IMG/VR virus record: IMGVR_UViG_3300031820_000001
Coordinates: 50,931 to 114,930 of that record
DNA length: 64,000 nt
Reading direction: 5' to 3' (one strand)
From: a virus
Taxonomy: Duplodnaviria > Caudoviricetes
Under the pieces are notes generated by a model. That model searched no databases. It had not been told where the DNA came from and saw only the letters and a list, made by a program, of their open reading frames with translations. Position 1 is the first letter of the stretch, and every line of letters starts with the position of its first letter. A program made the translations under genes and the position numbers. This document shows positions 1-9,459 of the stretch, piece after piece.

Positions 1-93
1 GAGCGCGGAATTGCCATGCAGTATCTGCCGCTTAAAGACTGCCTAAAGTTCTGGGAGCCGGCTCCTCCGGCTGTGTCCATCAAGCAGACCTAG
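1..93 (+). CDS. 3' end of a hypothetical protein (partial)
   Basis: Open frame from base 1 (ERGIAMQYLP...) to TAG 91-93. Confidence 0.5.
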   Translation, partial: ERGIAMQYLPLKDCLKFWEPAPPAVSIKQT

Positions 94-107
94 ACAATTA
101 GCCGAGA

Positions 108-482
108 ATGTTGCACGCATCTGGTTCACGGATGCGGAAGAAGCTCAAGGAGTCGCTGTACGACAAGGATACTTGTCCAGCGCGCAGCAAACACTCGAAG
201 GAGCCAGAGGGCTACCTTCAGTGGCATGCTTTTGCCGAGGAAAAGAGCAAGACGCACCGGCAGATTCGGTGCCAGACGTGCGGCCTCTATGTCATCTGGG
301 TCAAAAGGAAGAAGCACAAGCAGCTGACAAAGGCAGGCTTCAAGCTTGTGCGCTCCTATTTGCAGAAAAAGGCCGAAGAACAGCAAGCGATCATCGACAA
401 AGTTCCGGTCTACGGCAAACGTTGGACTTCGGCTGTTGATGAAATCGAAGAGATCGAAGAGCTGCTTCAGGAGTTCAAGTGA
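108..482 (+). CDS. hypothetical protein with Zn-ribbon (CxxC)
   Basis: ORF with CQTC; GTGA overlap with next gene; true start may be ATG 132. Confidence 0.7.
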   Translation: MLHASGSRMRKKLKESLYDKDTCPARSKHSKEPEGYLQWHAFAEEKSKTHRQIRCQTCGLYVIWVKRKKHKQLTKAGFKLVRSYLQKKAEEQQAIIDKVPVYGKRWTSAVDEIEEIEELLQEFK

Positions 483-823
483 TCGCCGAGGACAACAGCC
501 GCTTCGAACGGCCCGTCGTGTGCCAGTGGTGCAACAACAAGCATCGCAGCGTCATGGATGGCGATGAAACGCTTGGAGATAGCTGCGCCACGAACGTCTG
601 GCAGGTTACTGAGGAGACTCGGTTGCGCCTTGCCGAGAAAGGCGTCATTTCCACGGTTGGCGAATGGATGGCCAATGCCCACTACGGATCTAACGACGAC
701 TGCACGTTGTGGCGCTGGGTCCAAAACCCACCAAAGGCCGCTGCAGATCCGGTCTGCGATAACTGCATCGGCGAACGTGTGGTTGCGGGAGATCTAACGC
801 GCATCGAGGGCAACTTTCCATGA
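479..823 (+). CDS. hypothetical Cys-rich protein
   Basis: Overlap-coupled ORF, two CxxC. Confidence 0.7.
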   Translation: MIAEDNSRFERPVVCQWCNNKHRSVMDGDETLGDSCATNVWQVTEETRLRLAEKGVISTVGEWMANAHYGSNDDCTLWRWVQNPPKAAADPVCDNCIGERVVAGDLTRIEGNFP

Positions 824-1017
824 CGGTCTTCCGCTGGCTTCGGCTTCGTTGGATCGCGCGCGGCTGGAAGCTCGACGACCATGAGGACTGCATTCGCTTT
901 CTTGGCCCATGCGACCAATGTAGGGCTCGTATCGAGCTAAACGGTAAAGATCCGGATGCTGTCGTCGAAGAAATGAACCGAAAGTTAGAGAAACACATCG
1001 TCTACGAGGATCCATGA
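820..1017 (+). CDS. hypothetical protein
   Basis: ATGA-coupled at both ends. Confidence 0.65.
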   Translation: MTVFRWLRLRWIARGWKLDDHEDCIRFLGPCDQCRARIELNGKDPDAVVEEMNRKLEKHIVYEDP

Positions 1018-1277
1018 ACCGCATGGAGTGCCGAAATCCAGAGCTTAAGCTGCTCGTTACGTTGTTCGAGGACGGCACAGTCGTGGGCGACTCTGGGATG
1101 GTGAAAGACCTCAAGCGGCACGTCGACAGCGGTGGCCTGCATGAAATGGTCTGGGACACACATCCGGGCGAGGCATACCCCAGGTTTACGCCGCTCGGAG
1201 ATCCTCTCTTTCTGTACCGCATGGCCAATTACCTGAACAAGCAAACCTGCATGATCAGATTCACGGTGTATCCATGA
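1014..1277 (+). CDS. hypothetical protein
   Basis: ATGA-coupled at both ends. Confidence 0.7.
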   Translation: MNRMECRNPELKLLVTLFEDGTVVGDSGMVKDLKRHVDSGGLHEMVWDTHPGEAYPRFTPLGDPLFLYRMANYLNKQTCMIRFTVYP

Positions 1278-1648
1278 GCCGAAACTACATTCTCAACAAG
1301 TGGGGACGACCGCAGAAGGTCGTGGACATCTTCCAGTTTGCAGCGTGGTTCGAAAATACCGACCGAAGCGTTGCTGAAACACAGATCGGCCGGAAGGTCC
1401 GCGTCTCCACCGTCTTCCTCGGAATCGACCACAACTTCACAGGCAAGGGCAAGCCTGTGCTCTGGGAGACGATGATCTTCGGCGGCCCATACGACGAGTG
1501 GTGCAAGCGTTACACGTCAGAACGCGACGCCAAGTCCGGCCACAAGGACGCCGTCAAACTTGCTCGTGGCCAAACCTCCGAGAAAAAGAAGCCTGAGAAG
1601 CCGACACTTCCCAAGGCCGTAGCGAAGAAGCGTGGCAAAGCTGTCTGA
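1274..1648 (+). CDS. conserved phage hypothetical protein
   Basis: VSTVFLGIDHNF...PVLWETMIFGG motif that I recall from phage hypotheticals. Confidence 0.8.
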   Translation: MSRNYILNKWGRPQKVVDIFQFAAWFENTDRSVAETQIGRKVRVSTVFLGIDHNFTGKGKPVLWETMIFGGPYDEWCKRYTSERDAKSGHKDAVKLARGQTSEKKKPEKPTLPKAVAKKRGKAV

Positions 1649-1841
1649 CGAGGAGATGGACGTCCTCATCAAGACGGACCCCATTAAAGCGTTGTGCATC
1701 CTCGTCGAGGAAGCCGGCGGAACTATGCGTCTTTACGGCGTTCCGGTGACCGAGAGCGAGCTGAGAGCGCACGCTGAATCGCTTGCCGATGAAAGAATCA
1801 AGCGGGCCATTTGTAGAGGACTAGAGAAGACCAAGCCATGA
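1632..1841 (+). CDS. hypothetical protein
   Basis: ORF in gene chain. Confidence 0.6.
   Translation: MAKLSDEEMDVLIKTDPIKALCILVEEAGGTMRLYGVPVTESELRAHAESLADERIKRAICRGLEKTKP
1790..1819 (+). promoter_or_regulatory. ECF-like promoter, variant copy with short leader
   Basis: TGAAA-N17-TGTAGAGG, 18 nt before ATG 1838. Confidence 0.5.
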
Positions 1842-2035
1842 CCGACGAGCTTGACCCAAAGACCAAGTACGTCCTGCACTACGCCACGGACGTCTCGAAG
1901 CCGCCAGGCGTCTCACCATCGAAGATGGTGCAGTTTCGCTCGTGGCCTCGCTTCGCCTTCTTTGCGCTCACCAACAAGGAGGCTCGGTCAGCTGTCATCG
2001 CTGGTCGCTGCCGCCTGCTCAACATCACCAAGTGA
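1838..2035 (+). CDS. hypothetical protein
   Basis: ATGA-coupled. Confidence 0.6.
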   Translation: MTDELDPKTKYVLHYATDVSKPPGVSPSKMVQFRSWPRFAFFALTNKEARSAVIAGRCRLLNITK

Positions 2036-2448
2036 AGCGCTTCCTCATCATCGACGAGGTGGTCAAGGAGCGCATCGGCGCCATCCTGGATTACGCTGAA
2101 GACAATCGGTTCGACCCAACGGACAAGTCCGATGGTTGGATGGACCGCATTCCTGGCAACAACGCGAACCTGCAGCTGGTCATCCCTGATGGATACCGCT
2201 GTGTGTTCAGCTATACGCTGGGACCGAGCAAGTCGATCTACTACCGGCACCTGTCCATCAGCACGCCCAAGGACTACCCCTCGCCTCAGTCGGTTCTACT
2301 GATCGCCGGCCTCTTCGGCTTCACAGGCGAACCAACCGACACCATTCCAATTCCCAGGGATTGGCAGATCGAGCTGCGCAAGCCTGGTCACCAGCTCGAC
2401 GATCCGTGCATCATCGTCGCTCAGGAGCGGCAAATTGCCGAAGCGTAA
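2032..2448 (+). CDS. hypothetical protein
   Basis: GTG start overlapping upstream TGA; part of track ORF 1942..2448. Confidence 0.7.
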   Translation: MKRFLIIDEVVKERIGAILDYAEDNRFDPTDKSDGWMDRIPGNNANLQLVIPDGYRCVFSYTLGPSKSIYYRHLSISTPKDYPSPQSVLLIAGLFGFTGEPTDTIPIPRDWQIELRKPGHQLDDPCIIVAQERQIAEA

Positions 2449-2752
2449 AGAAGACCACATCGCCGATTTGCAGCCGCTTTTCAGCTCCGAAGAGCTGGAA
2501 GAACTAGACGAACAGTTCGATCCGTGCGAGCACGAACGCAAGCTTCGCTGCGACGCCTGTCTGTCTCGCGAATGGGACAAGGGCCGCAAGGAAGGCTTCG
2601 ACCTTGGCTTCAAATGGGTCATGGCCGAGCTGAAGAAGCGAGCCGGCGAAGCGTACGTCAAAGACCAAGACTCCACTGCGAAGCTGCTTCGTGACCTCGT
2701 CAAAGAGATCACGGAGCAAGCAAAAAAAGACAAGGCCTGGATCCAGGAGTAG
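2435..2752 (+). CDS. hypothetical protein
   Basis: TTG start after AGGAG. Confidence 0.65.
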   Translation: MPKRKEDHIADLQPLFSSEELEELDEQFDPCEHERKLRCDACLSREWDKGRKEGFDLGFKWVMAELKKRAGEAYVKDQDSTAKLLRDLVKEITEQAKKDKAWIQE

Positions 2753-2757
2753 CCGAC

Positions 2758-3300
2758 ATGTCGACCAAGAGGATGATGGACGAGGCGAACAGGCTCATCG
2801 ACAAGTACGTGGTGAGCATGGAACAGTTATCAATCGCCTTCCGGGTTGAGGTCACAGCGCTGGCGTGGAAATACGCCGCTGAGATCATCTCCGACATGCC
2901 GAAGGCGATTGCTGTCGGCCGACTCTCGTGGGACGGCAACGAAGCCAAGGCCACCATGCCGTCCATCGAACCACCCAAGCCGCTCGAAGTTCACGGGTCG
3001 CCAAAGAACGGTCACTCGAAGAACGGCTATACGCAGGTGATCAAAGGCTCCGGCAAGGTCGTGATCAATGGCCCAAAGCCCAAAGACCGCGCTGAGGCGT
3101 ACACCCAAGAGCTGGCCACCAAGGACGGCGTCTGGGCTCGTCGAGGAAGCCGGCGTGTGCAGTACGCCTGTGTCGGCTGGAAATCCGTTCCGAACGGTGC
3201 GCGTCCGGTGTTCTACCTGATGAAGAACACCAAAAACGGCAAGACAATTACGGTCAAATTCGACAGTATCGTCAGCGATTGGACGCACCATGACCGATGA
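2758..3300 (+). CDS. hypothetical protein
   Basis: AGGAG RBS, 180 aa ORF. Confidence 0.75.
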   Translation: MSTKRMMDEANRLIDKYVVSMEQLSIAFRVEVTALAWKYAAEIISDMPKAIAVGRLSWDGNEAKATMPSIEPPKPLEVHGSPKNGHSKNGYTQVIKGSGKVVINGPKPKDRAEAYTQELATKDGVWARRGSRRVQYACVGWKSVPNGARPVFYLMKNTKNGKTITVKFDSIVSDWTHHDR

Positions 3301-4072
3301 CGCACAACCTGGCGAACCCGAAAAGCACCTGATTGCTGTTGCGAGCAATCCGCAGCAGATGCAGGTCGCTCAGGCTCAGCTCGTCAGCTGGGTCGACAAG
3401 AAGCTCGAAGTCATCTCTGCCGAGCGCAAAGAGGCTTGGGACAACCTGGAGACCGCCAAGAAGAACAAGTGGAAGTCTTCTGCGTTCTCCAAGATCGTCA
3501 ACCGCTGCGTCGAGCAGTACCAGTTCTACGAGAAGCTCAAGTGCGCTCTAGAATTGGGGTACACGATCATCCCAAACTTCGACGACATCGACATCTTCGC
3601 CATCCGCACAGATAAGGGCCGTCCTGACCGTAACTGGGTTTCTCAGGACGCCATTCACGGCACTGTGATCCCCAGCGACCAGGCCAGCGAATGTCCGCCT
3701 CAGGGCGAGGGGCAGTTCGTCAATGCCACGGCCGACTACGAGCAGAGGAAGATCACTGGCGCTGTCGACAAGCAGGGCCAGCAGCACTACCTGCAGCAGG
3801 CGTGGACCACGAAGCACGACATCGTCGAGTTCCCGTTCAAGATGGTCAAGCCTGAGATCATGATGGCGACCAAGCAGGCGATGGACAGCCTGATCTTCGA
3901 CGATATGGGTTGCGTTCCAGGTCGTCGTAAGGCTCGTCGCGGCGACCCAATGATCATTGGCCGCATCCACTGCCACCCGCACACCCATCGCAAGTGGAAT
4001 CCCGTCAGGACCGACTACGAGAAAACGCTGTCGTTTCTCATCACTTGGTTCATTGACACCAGGACGCTGTGA
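3290..4072 (+). CDS. hypothetical protein (N-terminal coiled coil)
   Basis: 260 aa ORF; its stop codon is the TGA of the next promoter -35 box. Confidence 0.8.
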   Translation: MTDDAQPGEPEKHLIAVASNPQQMQVAQAQLVSWVDKKLEVISAERKEAWDNLETAKKNKWKSSAFSKIVNRCVEQYQFYEKLKCALELGYTIIPNFDDIDIFAIRTDKGRPDRNWVSQDAIHGTVIPSDQASECPPQGEGQFVNATADYEQRKITGAVDKQGQQHYLQQAWTTKHDIVEFPFKMVKPEIMMATKQAMDSLIFDDMGCVPGRRKARRGDPMIIGRIHCHPHTHRKWNPVRTDYEKTLSFLITWFIDTRTL

Positions 4073-4099
4073 AAAAGGGATAGAGCTGGGTTGTAGTTA
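4070..4099 (+). promoter_or_regulatory. ECF-like leaderless promoter
   Basis: TGAAA-N17-TGTAGTTA-4nt-ATG 4104. Confidence 0.8.
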
Positions 4100-4103
4100 G
4101 GGC

Positions 4104-4442
4104 ATGGCGGAAACGATTGCGAGCATTCAGGCACGGCTCAAGGGGATGGTCACGGACTGGCAGACGGACAACAGCCACCCGTCCAACTACGTCAAGCTCG
4201 ACGGCATGAACACCGAGCTGGCCCGCGTGGACCGCTGGTGCGGCGGCTACCAGGAGCCCCACATGCCCGTCATGATCGGCTGGCGCGCTCAGGTCGACAA
4301 CCAGGTCATGCACGGCTACGTGATGGTCGAGTACCACGCCGATTCCACGGCGACCAAGGACGACGACATCCAGACGGCCATCAACAAGGCAAAGACCGTC
4401 GCAACCAAGGCGCTCGCGCAGCTCCAGGATCGGAGGCGCTAA
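4104..4442 (+). CDS. hypothetical protein
   Basis: ORF directly after promoter motif. Confidence 0.8.
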   Translation: MAETIASIQARLKGMVTDWQTDNSHPSNYVKLDGMNTELARVDRWCGGYQEPHMPVMIGWRAQVDNQVMHGYVMVEYHADSTATKDDDIQTAINKAKTVATKALAQLQDRRR

Positions 4443-4786
4443 TGGGCGTCGATCTGACGCTTCTGCCGGTTTCCCACTTCCACGTTCGAGATGGCAAGTG
4501 GGACGCCATGTGCAAGACGCAGCTCGCACTCGGGCGCCAAAGCCTGTGCTGGGAAGCTATCGACGAGCTGAAGCCAGAGAAAATCCCGGAGGGCTCGGAT
4601 GTTCTCGCTGCCAACCTCACGCCTGACGGCAAGCAGCTAAAGAAGGATCCGTACGGCGGCGACTACACCTGGGTCACTGCCGAGCGCCTCGCTGCCGTTC
4701 TTGAACGTTTCAAGCCTCAAGCTGGCGCAGCTGCCTATCTCAGGTCGCTGCCGCCAGATACCAAGATCATCCTGCACTGGCACTAG
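4442..4786 (+). CDS. hypothetical protein
   Basis: TAATG coupling, GGAGG RBS (MGVDLTLLP...). Confidence 0.75.
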   Translation: MGVDLTLLPVSHFHVRDGKWDAMCKTQLALGRQSLCWEAIDELKPEKIPEGSDVLAANLTPDGKQLKKDPYGGDYTWVTAERLAAVLERFKPQAGAAAYLRSLPPDTKIILHWH

Positions 4787-4795
4787 GAGAACATC

Positions 4796-5077
4796 ATGAG
4801 CATGAGTACGCACGTCCTCGGCTTCAAGCCGCCCGACGACAAGTGGAAGAAGATGAAGGCCGTCTACGACGCCTGTCATGCTGCTGGCATCAATCCGCCC
4901 GAGGATGTCGAGGATTTCTTCAGCAACGGGCCGCCTGATGACCGTGGTGTCGAAGTCGCCATTGAGAAGCATCCCTGCACCAAGAAGTACAGCGACGATA
5001 TGCGGGATGGCTTCGAGGTCGACATTAAGAAGCTTCCGCCCGACGTCACAGTCATCCGCTTCTACAACTCGTACTGA
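4796..5077 (+). CDS. conserved phage hypothetical protein
   Basis: AGGAG RBS; MSMSTHVLGFKPPD...IRFYNSY. Confidence 0.8.
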   Translation: MSMSTHVLGFKPPDDKWKKMKAVYDACHAAGINPPEDVEDFFSNGPPDDRGVEVAIEKHPCTKKYSDDMRDGFEVDIKKLPPDVTVIRFYNSY

Positions 5078-5268
5078 TGCAGCGTCAGCGGTTCAAGCGC
5101 AAGGTGAAGCCGGACGGGGAACGCCGTTATCCTATACCGGCTCACTACGAATGCACCGCTTGCGGCAGGGAGCCGCACAAATGCGAGTACTGCGGTGCCT
5201 TCACATGCCTGAGCTGTACAATTAACGGCCTTGTGTGTAGGCACTGTCAACGGAGGGTCACTGAGTAA
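5077..5268 (+). CDS. small Zn-finger protein
   Basis: Four CxxC pairs, TGATG coupling. Confidence 0.65.
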   Translation: MQRQRFKRKVKPDGERRYPIPAHYECTACGREPHKCEYCGAFTCLSCTINGLVCRHCQRRVTE

Positions 5269-5399
5269 TGGCCTACAAGAAAATCATCTCCGACGAAGAG
5301 TTCATGGCCTGGGCCACGAGTTGGAAGCCGTGTCGGTACTGCCGGCGTAGCTTCATCGGTCCGGTCTGTCCGTGCGAGCGCCCAAAGCAGAGAAGATGA
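5268..5399 (+). CDS. small Cys-rich protein (43 aa)
   Basis: Read manually: MAYKKIISDEEF...CRYC...CPC; coupled at both ends. Confidence 0.6.
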   Translation: MAYKKIISDEEFMAWATSWKPCRYCRRSFIGPVCPCERPKQRR

Positions 5400-5869
5400 C
5401 GCCAGAGTATTCAGATATCCGCAGCCGGATTGCGGAGGAGCCGACCTGGTACGACGACAACGGCGTCCCTCGCTACGGCAAGTTCCATCCTAAAAATGCC
5501 CCGAGCATCTACGCAAATGAGGTTGCACTGGTGGAAATCGGCTGCCAGGGATGCGACCAGACCTGGTTGGTTTCTTTCACGCTCGATTCGATGGACATGG
5601 TGCGGGCTCAGCTGATGGGCAACGAGCCCATGACCCTTGCGCACTCGATTCGTGAAGGTCACCTGCACTACGGAGATCCGCCCAGCCACGTTGAGACCGA
5701 TCATGCAGGTTCCACGATGAACTGCATCGACTGGCGAGTGATCGAGTACTGGCGCCGATACGATTCCGAATGGGAGAGAGACCCATCGCTAGAAATCAAT
5801 CTACCCGACTGGGACGACCAAGAGTGGGCGGACCGGAAACCGTCTAAGCCGAGGGAGGAATTTCGATGA
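5396..5869 (+). CDS. hypothetical protein
   Basis: ATGA-coupled; MTPEYSDIRSRIAEEPTWYD. Confidence 0.75.
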   Translation: MTPEYSDIRSRIAEEPTWYDDNGVPRYGKFHPKNAPSIYANEVALVEIGCQGCDQTWLVSFTLDSMDMVRAQLMGNEPMTLAHSIREGHLHYGDPPSHVETDHAGSTMNCIDWRVIEYWRRYDSEWERDPSLEINLPDWDDQEWADRKPSKPREEFR

Positions 5870-6465
5870 AAATCCATCTGCAGGGTTGGTATGATAAGTG
5901 GCTTAAAGATCCTGACAACACCAACCGCCGCTTCGTCCCCGTCAATAGTCGTGGGGAGCCATCGCTGCATCAGCTTCACTTCGTGCGCGACGACCTTTGC
6001 GGCATGCTCTGGGCGGACATCCCGTACGACAAGCGGGAAAACGAATCCGAGCGCACCGACTGTAGGGTGAGCTGTTTTGTTGTCGGCGAGCACAGCTCAA
6101 AGAGCGTGAATCTTCCGGTGTATTCGTTGGAGCGGCCAGATCTTGGCATCCAGATCGTCCTCCGCGACAACTACCATGACTGGAACGTCTCCGTGGTCTC
6201 CGAGAAGCCCATCGAGACAGATCTCAGTGGCTTCGAGCTGGATTTCTCGGACAGCGACAAGAAGCGCTTCGAGAGCGAGCCCTGGAAGGCAGGCCGCTCC
6301 TGGGGCTACTGCTTCTTCCAAGGATTCCCCGAGGAGCTTCAGTTCGGACCGTACAGCCAGGACAAGCGCAAGTTCTCGCTGTGCATTGGATCTGAATACA
6401 AGGTCTGGACGTTCCTGTTTCTCATCCTGCGCGACATCAGAGGAGTCGGACCATGGAAAAGGTAG
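5866..6465 (+). CDS. hypothetical protein
   Basis: GGAGG RBS, 199 aa. Confidence 0.75.
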   Translation: MKIHLQGWYDKWLKDPDNTNRRFVPVNSRGEPSLHQLHFVRDDLCGMLWADIPYDKRENESERTDCRVSCFVVGEHSSKSVNLPVYSLERPDLGIQIVLRDNYHDWNVSVVSEKPIETDLSGFELDFSDSDKKRFESEPWKAGRSWGYCFFQGFPEELQFGPYSQDKRKFSLCIGSEYKVWTFLFLILRDIRGVGPWKR

Positions 6466-7001
6466 CTACAACCACTGGCGGACAGCCGCTCCAATCCGCA
6501 CAGCTCGAAAGCCCGCCGATCCACATCCCTGACGGGAAGGGCGGCGCCTACAAGACCGAGCTGGCCATCGAGCGCACGCCAGACAAGACCGTCAAGATCT
6601 TGTGGTGGCACTCCGACGACCCGCGCCCGGAGCCCCACAACCACCCGTGGCCGTTCAAGTCGGAAATCCTCAGCGGCGGCTACAGCGAGACTCGCTACTG
6701 GGTCGAGGAAACTGCGGAAGAGACCCATTTCCCGCACGCTGGCAGGGTGGTCAAAACCGAAACGAAGACCTATCGGGCTGGCGACATCAACGACATGCCC
6801 GCGAACGTCTTCCACGTCGTTCATGACGTGCAGCCCAAGACCGTCACTCGTTTGACCTGCGGAAAGGCAGCGCCAAACAACGAGTGGGGCTACCTAGACA
6901 CCCAAACCGGCGTGTACATCTCCGCACGTGATCCGAAGTTCGCCGACAACGAGTTTCTGGACAAGCTCCGCGCCATCAATCCGCACATGAGGCCCAAGTG
7001 A
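6453..7001 (+). CDS. cupin-fold protein
   Basis: PHNHPWPFKSEILSGGYSE and FHVV metal-binding motifs. Confidence 0.75.
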   Translation: MEKVATTTGGQPLQSAQLESPPIHIPDGKGGAYKTELAIERTPDKTVKILWWHSDDPRPEPHNHPWPFKSEILSGGYSETRYWVEETAEETHFPHAGRVVKTETKTYRAGDINDMPANVFHVVHDVQPKTVTRLTCGKAAPNNEWGYLDTQTGVYISARDPKFADNEFLDKLRAINPHMRPK

Positions 7002-7516
7002 AGATCTATAAGTGCTGCTCACCTCACGAGCTAGAAAACCTCACACGGTCAGGCTGGGAGCTGAAGGAAATCCTCAGCCAGGACAAGGCCACGAACCACC
7101 ATCACTCGGCCCCGGCTCAGGTGGTGAACAACAACCCCAACAACAGCGGGTACAGCAGCTACCAGTCCGGCATGACAGTTCCGGTGGAATCTCCCGTGAT
7201 CGTTCGCGAGCCGATGTTCCTGCTCTGGAAGGATGGCGATATCGAATCTCGCGAAATCCAGCTGGAGAACATCATCAAGAACACCAACGAGAAGCACAAA
7301 GAGAACCTGGCCGAGTTCGACAAGGTTCGCAAAGAGCGCGATACGTACAAAGAGGAAGCCGACACGCGCACGAAGCAGCTTGGAGAATCCGCCAAGGTGC
7401 AAATGCAAATGACCGACGCCAAGCGCAAGCTCGAAGGCGACCTGGCCAAGGTGCAGAAGGCGATCGGCGACCTCAAGTACTTCGAAATCGTCGGCGGCCC
7501 AGTCCCCGTCAAGTAG
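6998..7516 (+). CDS. hypothetical coiled-coil protein
   Basis: GTGA-coupled ORF. Confidence 0.75.
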   Translation: MKIYKCCSPHELENLTRSGWELKEILSQDKATNHHHSAPAQVVNNNPNNSGYSSYQSGMTVPVESPVIVREPMFLLWKDGDIESREIQLENIIKNTNEKHKENLAEFDKVRKERDTYKEEADTRTKQLGESAKVQMQMTDAKRKLEGDLAKVQKAIGDLKYFEIVGGPVPVK

Positions 7517-7522
7517 GACAAC

Positions 7523-8053
7523 ATGAAGCTCCATCCAGAAGACGACCACAATATCCGCGCGCTCATCACGGACCACCAGGATTTCCCGGTCAAGGGCGTC
7601 CTGTTCCGCAACATCCAGCCGCTTCTAGAGGACGGCGCATTCTTCAATCGCACCATCGAGCTGATGCTGCAGTGGTCTGGCAATCCACACGCCTTCGTCG
7701 GCATCGAATCGCGCGGTTTCATCTTCAGCGCTGCCCTGGCTCAGGCTGCCAAGTCCGGCAAGGTGATGCTGCGCAAAGCGGGCAAAACCCCTGGCAAGAT
7801 AGAGAGCGAGTCCTATGCCCTGGAATACGGCACGGCGACCATTGAGGTCGGCGCTGATATCGTTCGTCCTGGTGCCAATTACGTGGTCGTGGACGATGTG
7901 CTTGCCACTGGTGGTACCGCTGCAGCTGCTTGCCGGCTCGTGGAGCGTCTCGGCGGCAAGGTGGCGGGCGTCGTCTTTGTAGTCGAGATTCAGGCTCTCA
8001 ACGGGCGCAAGCCGCTGAGCGACTACAAGGTTGCCAGCCTCATCAAGTACTAG
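7523..8053 (+). CDS. apt: adenine phosphoribosyltransferase
   Basis: DFPVKGVLF, GIESRGF, LRKAGK, YALEYG, VVVDDVLATGGT (PRPP motif). Confidence 0.95.
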   Translation: MKLHPEDDHNIRALITDHQDFPVKGVLFRNIQPLLEDGAFFNRTIELMLQWSGNPHAFVGIESRGFIFSAALAQAAKSGKVMLRKAGKTPGKIESESYALEYGTATIEVGADIVRPGANYVVVDDVLATGGTAAAACRLVERLGGKVAGVVFVVEIQALNGRKPLSDYKVASLIKY

Positions 8054-8054
8054 G

Positions 8055-8249
8055 ATGACCTGGGAAGAAACGACCGATTGTAGCGCCCCAAAGGGCTACA
8101 AGATCTCGTACCACGAGATACGTGGCTACGATTCGCCAGACCGCTGGTACAGCGCCAGAACGGTGCGCGGACGCTTTATCGGCGAGTTCGGAACACACGA
8201 CCAAGCCGTTGAAGCCTGCAAGAAGGACAAAAGGAACAAAAAGAAATGA
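8055..8249 (+). CDS. hypothetical protein
   Basis: ATG right after apt stop; ATGA with next gene. Confidence 0.6.
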   Translation: MTWEETTDCSAPKGYKISYHEIRGYDSPDRWYSARTVRGRFIGEFGTHDQAVEACKKDKRNKKK

Positions 8250-8446
8250 GTTCTGGACCACACGACGCCGCCGCTGAAGGCAGACTGATCGACGCCGTAT
8301 TCGGAGCTGCATTCGACCTTGCGAAGGCCATCAAGGACGCCCGTGGCGGCCATCGTGGCATGTGCTTCACGGTTCAGCAGATCTTGAACGAGGTCAACCC
8401 GTGTCTCTCCGAGACTGAGTTCAAGCTGGTGCAGCGTGACCGATGA
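8246..8446 (+). CDS. hypothetical protein
   Basis: ORF in chain. Confidence 0.6.
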   Translation: MSSGPHDAAAEGRLIDAVFGAAFDLAKAIKDARGGHRGMCFTVQQILNEVNPCLSETEFKLVQRDR

Positions 8447-8648
8447 GAAGTACCCAGTCGGCGCTCGCCTGCTGTTCAAGCGCAGCAAGGACTATGGCGA
8501 CAAGCTCGTCTACGGCACCGTCGTTCCCAACTTCAAGCTACCAGGCGACATTTGCGTCCGTTGGGACAACAACACGCCAGTTAGCTCGTATGACCAGGAA
8601 TTCCTAGATGAATACTGCGAAGTCGTAAAGCCTGAAACAGGCGACTAG
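8436..8648 (+). CDS. hypothetical protein (SH3-like?)
   Basis: YPVGARL...GTVV...VRWDN pattern. Confidence 0.65.
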   Translation: MTDEKYPVGARLLFKRSKDYGDKLVYGTVVPNFKLPGDICVRWDNNTPVSSYDQEFLDEYCEVVKPETGD

Positions 8649-8662
8649 CCGCACTGTAGATA
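8633..8662 (+). promoter_or_regulatory. ECF-like leaderless promoter
   Basis: TGAAA-N17-TGTAGATA-4nt-GTG 8667. Confidence 0.8.
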
Positions 8663-8666
8663 GAAC

Positions 8667-8828
8667 GTGAAGCTCAAAGACCGGGCTGGTTTCTACGACA
8701 CAATCCGTGGGGTGTTGAAGAACCGCACTGACTTCGACTTGAACAACCCAGACGAGCTGGATGTCATCGTCACGGAGCTGGCGATGAAGCTCGAATTCGA
8801 ATACGCCATCAAAAAGAGGATTGTGTGA
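8667..8828 (+). CDS. hypothetical protein (53 aa)
   Basis: Read manually; follows promoter; GTGA overlap with next gene. Confidence 0.65.
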   Translation: MKLKDRAGFYDTIRGVLKNRTDFDLNNPDELDVIVTELAMKLEFEYAIKKRIV

Positions 8829-9442
8829 AGAAAGTTCCAGATACCAGCAAGACTGACCCTGCCTTCGTTCTTCTCGACGCCATGGCGCGTGGTGGCGCCG
8901 GACCAATGATCCAGGCGCAGGAAGCACGTGGTCAGCAAGACGCCGTCAACTCGGACCAGCTGCCTACCCGTGGCCTTCTGGGCGCTGATCGTCCCGTCTG
9001 GGAAGCGATGGGCATCAAGATCCGCGATGACCTTCCGACCAAGGACAGCCTGTTCACGTTCGTCGAGCTGCCCAAGGGCTGGAAGAAAGTCGCCACCGAC
9101 CATTCGATGTGGAACAACGTGGTCGACAACAAGGGCCGTGTCCGCGCCAGCTTCTTCTACAAGGCGGCATTCTACGACCGCGATGCGAACATCCACCCGG
9201 TTCGTCGGTTCACGATCGAGCGCAACTACGAGCGCAAGGACACCGACGACCTCATCGAAATGCAGGTTCGGGACGCCAAGAAGGCTGTGTTCAGCGTCGA
9301 GGCCCCGATGCCCAAGAAGGATGGGCGCCGGGATTATTCGGCCAGTGAGGAAGTCGAGAAGGAACTGCGCGCCAAGTGCGCTCAGTGGCTCGTCGATAAC
9401 GGATACCCGGACTACAACAGCTGCACCGCCTATTGGGACTGA
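8825..9442 (+). CDS. conserved phage hypothetical protein
   Basis: LPKGWKKVATDHSMW...RASFFYKAAFYDR motif. Confidence 0.8.
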   Translation: MKKVPDTSKTDPAFVLLDAMARGGAGPMIQAQEARGQQDAVNSDQLPTRGLLGADRPVWEAMGIKIRDDLPTKDSLFTFVELPKGWKKVATDHSMWNNVVDNKGRVRASFFYKAAFYDRDANIHPVRRFTIERNYERKDTDDLIEMQVRDAKKAVFSVEAPMPKKDGRRDYSASEEVEKELRAKCAQWLVDNGYPDYNSCTAYWD

Positions 9443-9444
9443 TC

Positions 9445-9453
9445 TGATACCCT
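9445..9453 (+). promoter_or_regulatory. extended -10 (sigma70-type), leaderless
   Basis: TG-A-TACCCT 6 nt before ATG 9460. Confidence 0.45.
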
Positions 9454-9459
9454 CCGGGG

